From assembly GCA_002353275.1 (NCBI GenBank), contig DEJH01000021.1:1-54615 (forward strand): 54,615 nucleotides of DNA, given 5' to 3'. How positions within the stretch are numbered: the stretch's first letter is position 1; each line of letters begins with the position of its first letter. The position numbers and the translations under genes are program-made. This document shows, piece by piece, positions 52,576 to 54,615 of this stretch. The DNA comes from Bacillales bacterium UBA2753 (GTDB taxonomy: Bacteria > Bacillota_I > Bacilli_A > RFN20 > CAG-826). The notes below the pieces were generated by a model that saw only the letters and a list, made by a program, of their open reading frames with translations, had not been told where the DNA came from and made no database searches.

Positions 52576-53506
52576 ATTGTTTACTCTCCTTCTTCTTTTT
52601 CGCATTACTTATCAATAATTTGATAAGTGGAATTGATAAAGCAATTGCGATTAAGATTGCGTATAAGAGATTTTTAAGTTGAGTTGGGAAGCCAAGTTCA
52701 ATCGCCACTGTAATGATTATAAAATAAACAATTGCACCTAAGCCGATTGAAATGAGGCGATTTTTGAAACTTCTTTTTCCAAATATTGATTCACCAATTA
52801 AAATAGAAGCTAAACCTACCACTAAGAAGCCTGATGAAACTTTGATATCGCAACTTCTTAAATCTTGACAAAACATTGCTCCTGATAGACCAATTAAAGC
52901 ATTAGAAACTACTAAGGCAATGATTGAGGCACGTTTTGTGTTAATTCCTTGAGCTCGACCCATTTCTTCATTCATTCCAGTTGCTCTAATCGCCATCCCA
53001 TATTCTGTTCCGAAGAAGAAATAGATGACGATGAAAACAAGAACAACAATACCGAGCATTATTCCAGTTTTAATTAAAGGGCGGTACATTGGATCTCCAT
53101 AATAGAAAACCGAATATATTGTGTAGTCACTAGAAGAAAGAGTGACGTTGTTGGTGAAAATTGAACCATTCTTAGTCATTCCTAAAATTAACATCGCTAT
53201 AGAAGCGGTTAAAGTCATAGTAATAATTCCACTTAAAAGTTTTGGAATTCTAAGTTTGGTATAAAAAACAGAAGTTAAATATCCACATAAGGCTCCACCG
53301 ATAGTAGCAACTAAAGTTGCTAAAAATGGATCGACTTGTAATCTAATTAAAGCGATAGCGAAAGAGCCTCCGATTAAGAAACTTCCTTCAGCGGTCAAAT
53401 CAGCAAAATCAAGTAAACGATATGTAATGAAAATGCCAAGTGCTAATAAGCAACAAGGAAGACCGCTAGTTAAAATATTTAAAATAACACTAATAATGTA
53501 AGGCAT
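52568..53506 (-). CDS. ABC transporter permease (branched-chain/sugar-type BPD_transp_2-like)
   Basis: 312 aa, about 9 TM helices. Overlaps the ATPase start by 8 nt and lies 2 nt after the binding-protein gene. Confidence 0.8.
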   Translation of the reverse strand: MPYIISVILNILTSGLPCCLLALGIFITYRLLDFADLTAEGSFLIGGSFAIALIRLQVDPFLATLVATIGGALCGYLTSVFYTKLRIPKLLSGIITMTLTASIAMLILGMTKNGSIFTNNVTLSSSDYTIYSVFYYGDPMYRPLIKTGIMLGIVVLVFIVIYFFFGTEYGMAIRATGMNEEMGRAQGINTKRASIIALVVSNALIGLSGAMFCQDLRSCDIKVSSGFLVVGLASILIGESIFGKRSFKNRLISIGLGAIVYFIIITVAIELGFPTQLKNLLYAILIAIALSIPLIKLLISNAKKKKESKQYA

Positions 53507-53508
53507 AA

Positions 53509-54543
53509 TTATTCTTGATTGATATCAATAAATCCATCTGGTAATAATGAAGTATCGAGATTAACTCCTGAATCCGCTAAATTATCTGAACTATAGACCT
53601 TGTTCCATTCGCTTTGATCTAAAGATTTATAGGCATCAATATTTTCAGTTAAAGCTTCACCACTTAAGATTTGAGCAGCCATTTCGCCAGCTTTTTTTCC
53701 TAATACTTGGTAAGAGACACTATAAGTGATGTGTCCACCACTAAGCATACCTTCTTCACCAACAATGCATAATGTATTTGTGTTATGTAGTGCTGCTTTA
53801 ATAGTAGGCATGTGGTCCGCGATATTATTATCAGTTGGAATATAAATAACATCTGAACGATTAATTAAATTAGTGGCCACCATTGATAAGTCATCTGAAC
53901 CATCACAAGTTGCAATTGAAATATTAGAAGCAGATAAACCTTGTCTAAGAGCTTCAGCTTGAGCACGATTAGCTTGAACTTCAGAATTAATTTCACTGGA
54001 AGTATATAAAATTCCTAATCTAACAGAAGCAAGATTATCTCCAAAAATTGAAGATATTAAACCGATTTGACTTTCTACAGGATTATCATCACTTGTTCCA
54101 GTAACACTACCATCATGATTTTGCATCGCTCTCATTAAACTGGCGGAGACAGGATCAGTGACTGCGGTGAATAATAGAGGCTGTTTTTTACCAGCTTCAT
54201 CTCTAGCGTTTTTTAACGCTGAAGCTGAAGGAGTTGCAACCCCAAATAATAAATCGCTTTTAGTGACTAAAGATTTTGCTTGTGTTGTTTGAGTAGAAGG
54301 GTCTCCATTAGAAACTTCATAAGTAAAATGAAGTGTCTTTTCAGAGAGAAGAGGACTACTACTTAAAGCGGTTTGAAAAGCTTCTTTAGCAGAATCTAAA
54401 GCTGGGAAATGGGCAATTTGTAAAATTCCTATTTCGTATGTGTCCTTATTATAATCTACGACCGCATGATCAATAGGTTGACTTGGACGACAACTAACAA
54501 CTGATAATAACGCGACAAGCGGTAAGAAGAGTGACTTTTTCAT
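53509..54543 (-). CDS. ABC transporter substrate-binding lipoprotein (ABC_sub_bind / BMP-like family)
   Basis: Lipobox LSVVSC. The periplasmic-binding-fold pattern IGILQIAHFPALD...FTAVTDP...IYIPTDN is typical of PF04392-type proteins. Confidence 0.75.
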   Translation of the reverse strand: MKKSLFLPLVALLSVVSCRPSQPIDHAVVDYNKDTYEIGILQIAHFPALDSAKEAFQTALSSSPLLSEKTLHFTYEVSNGDPSTQTTQAKSLVTKSDLLFGVATPSASALKNARDEAGKKQPLLFTAVTDPVSASLMRAMQNHDGSVTGTSDDNPVESQIGLISSIFGDNLASVRLGILYTSSEINSEVQANRAQAEALRQGLSASNISIATCDGSDDLSMVATNLINRSDVIYIPTDNNIADHMPTIKAALHNTNTLCIVGEEGMLSGGHITYSVSYQVLGKKAGEMAAQILSGEALTENIDAYKSLDQSEWNKVYSSDNLADSGVNLDTSLLPDGFIDINQE

Positions 54544-54615
54544 TTTGTGTACCTCCCTAAATAAAAAGTCTAGTTATTCACCAGACAATAATATTTCTTT
54601 TCTTTTTATTACTGT

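Overview
AT-rich (about 30% G+C by eye) bacterial chromosome segment using the standard code (TGA is a stop, e.g. the ATGA stop/start overlap at 4555-4558). Almost all genes are on the minus strand. Many predicted surface proteins are lipoproteins or TM-anchored and none has LPXTG, which fits a wall-less or Erysipelotrichia/Mollicutes-like gut Firmicute (inference only).

Content, left to right:
1. Secondary-metabolite locus: LytS-type kinase, REC-SARP regulator, HAD lipoprotein, and a bimodular NRPS (C-A-T-C-A-T-R, predicted (acyl)dipeptide aldehyde). The NRPS is translationally coupled to a MATE exporter with a C-terminal RsbW-like domain, then a STAS protein and a membrane PP2C phosphatase/RsbW-like fusion. 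This is a partner-switching set with no sigma factor in the window, and it is my top candidate for an undescribed system.
2. A roughly 2-kb compositional anomaly beside tRNA-Thr. Two paralogous secreted-protein genes each join a native AT-rich promoter and signal peptide in frame to a 55-60% GC mature domain. They sit inside about 365-bp direct repeats with an iteron-like array between them.
3. Permuted GH3, rimO, MacB-like ABC fusion.
4. A six-gene envelope operon: two N-anchored proteins including a 1197-aa one, PAP2, processive GT2, acyltransferase and a small membrane protein.
5. XRE-TM regulator and a membrane-anchored endonuclease I.
6. An islet of small orphan genes next to tRNA-Phe/Asp, with thiS-thiF, hairpin repeats and a candidate 165-nt sRNA.
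7. cls, GH13, GH36, GH2.
8. An HTH-TcdA fusion.
9. Two tandem unannotated type I toxin-antitoxin-like modules (28-29 aa peptides with convergent sRNAs).
10. An ABC uptake system.

No CRISPR array, transposase, integrase or rRNA was seen. All family assignments come from motif reading by eye, not from searches.
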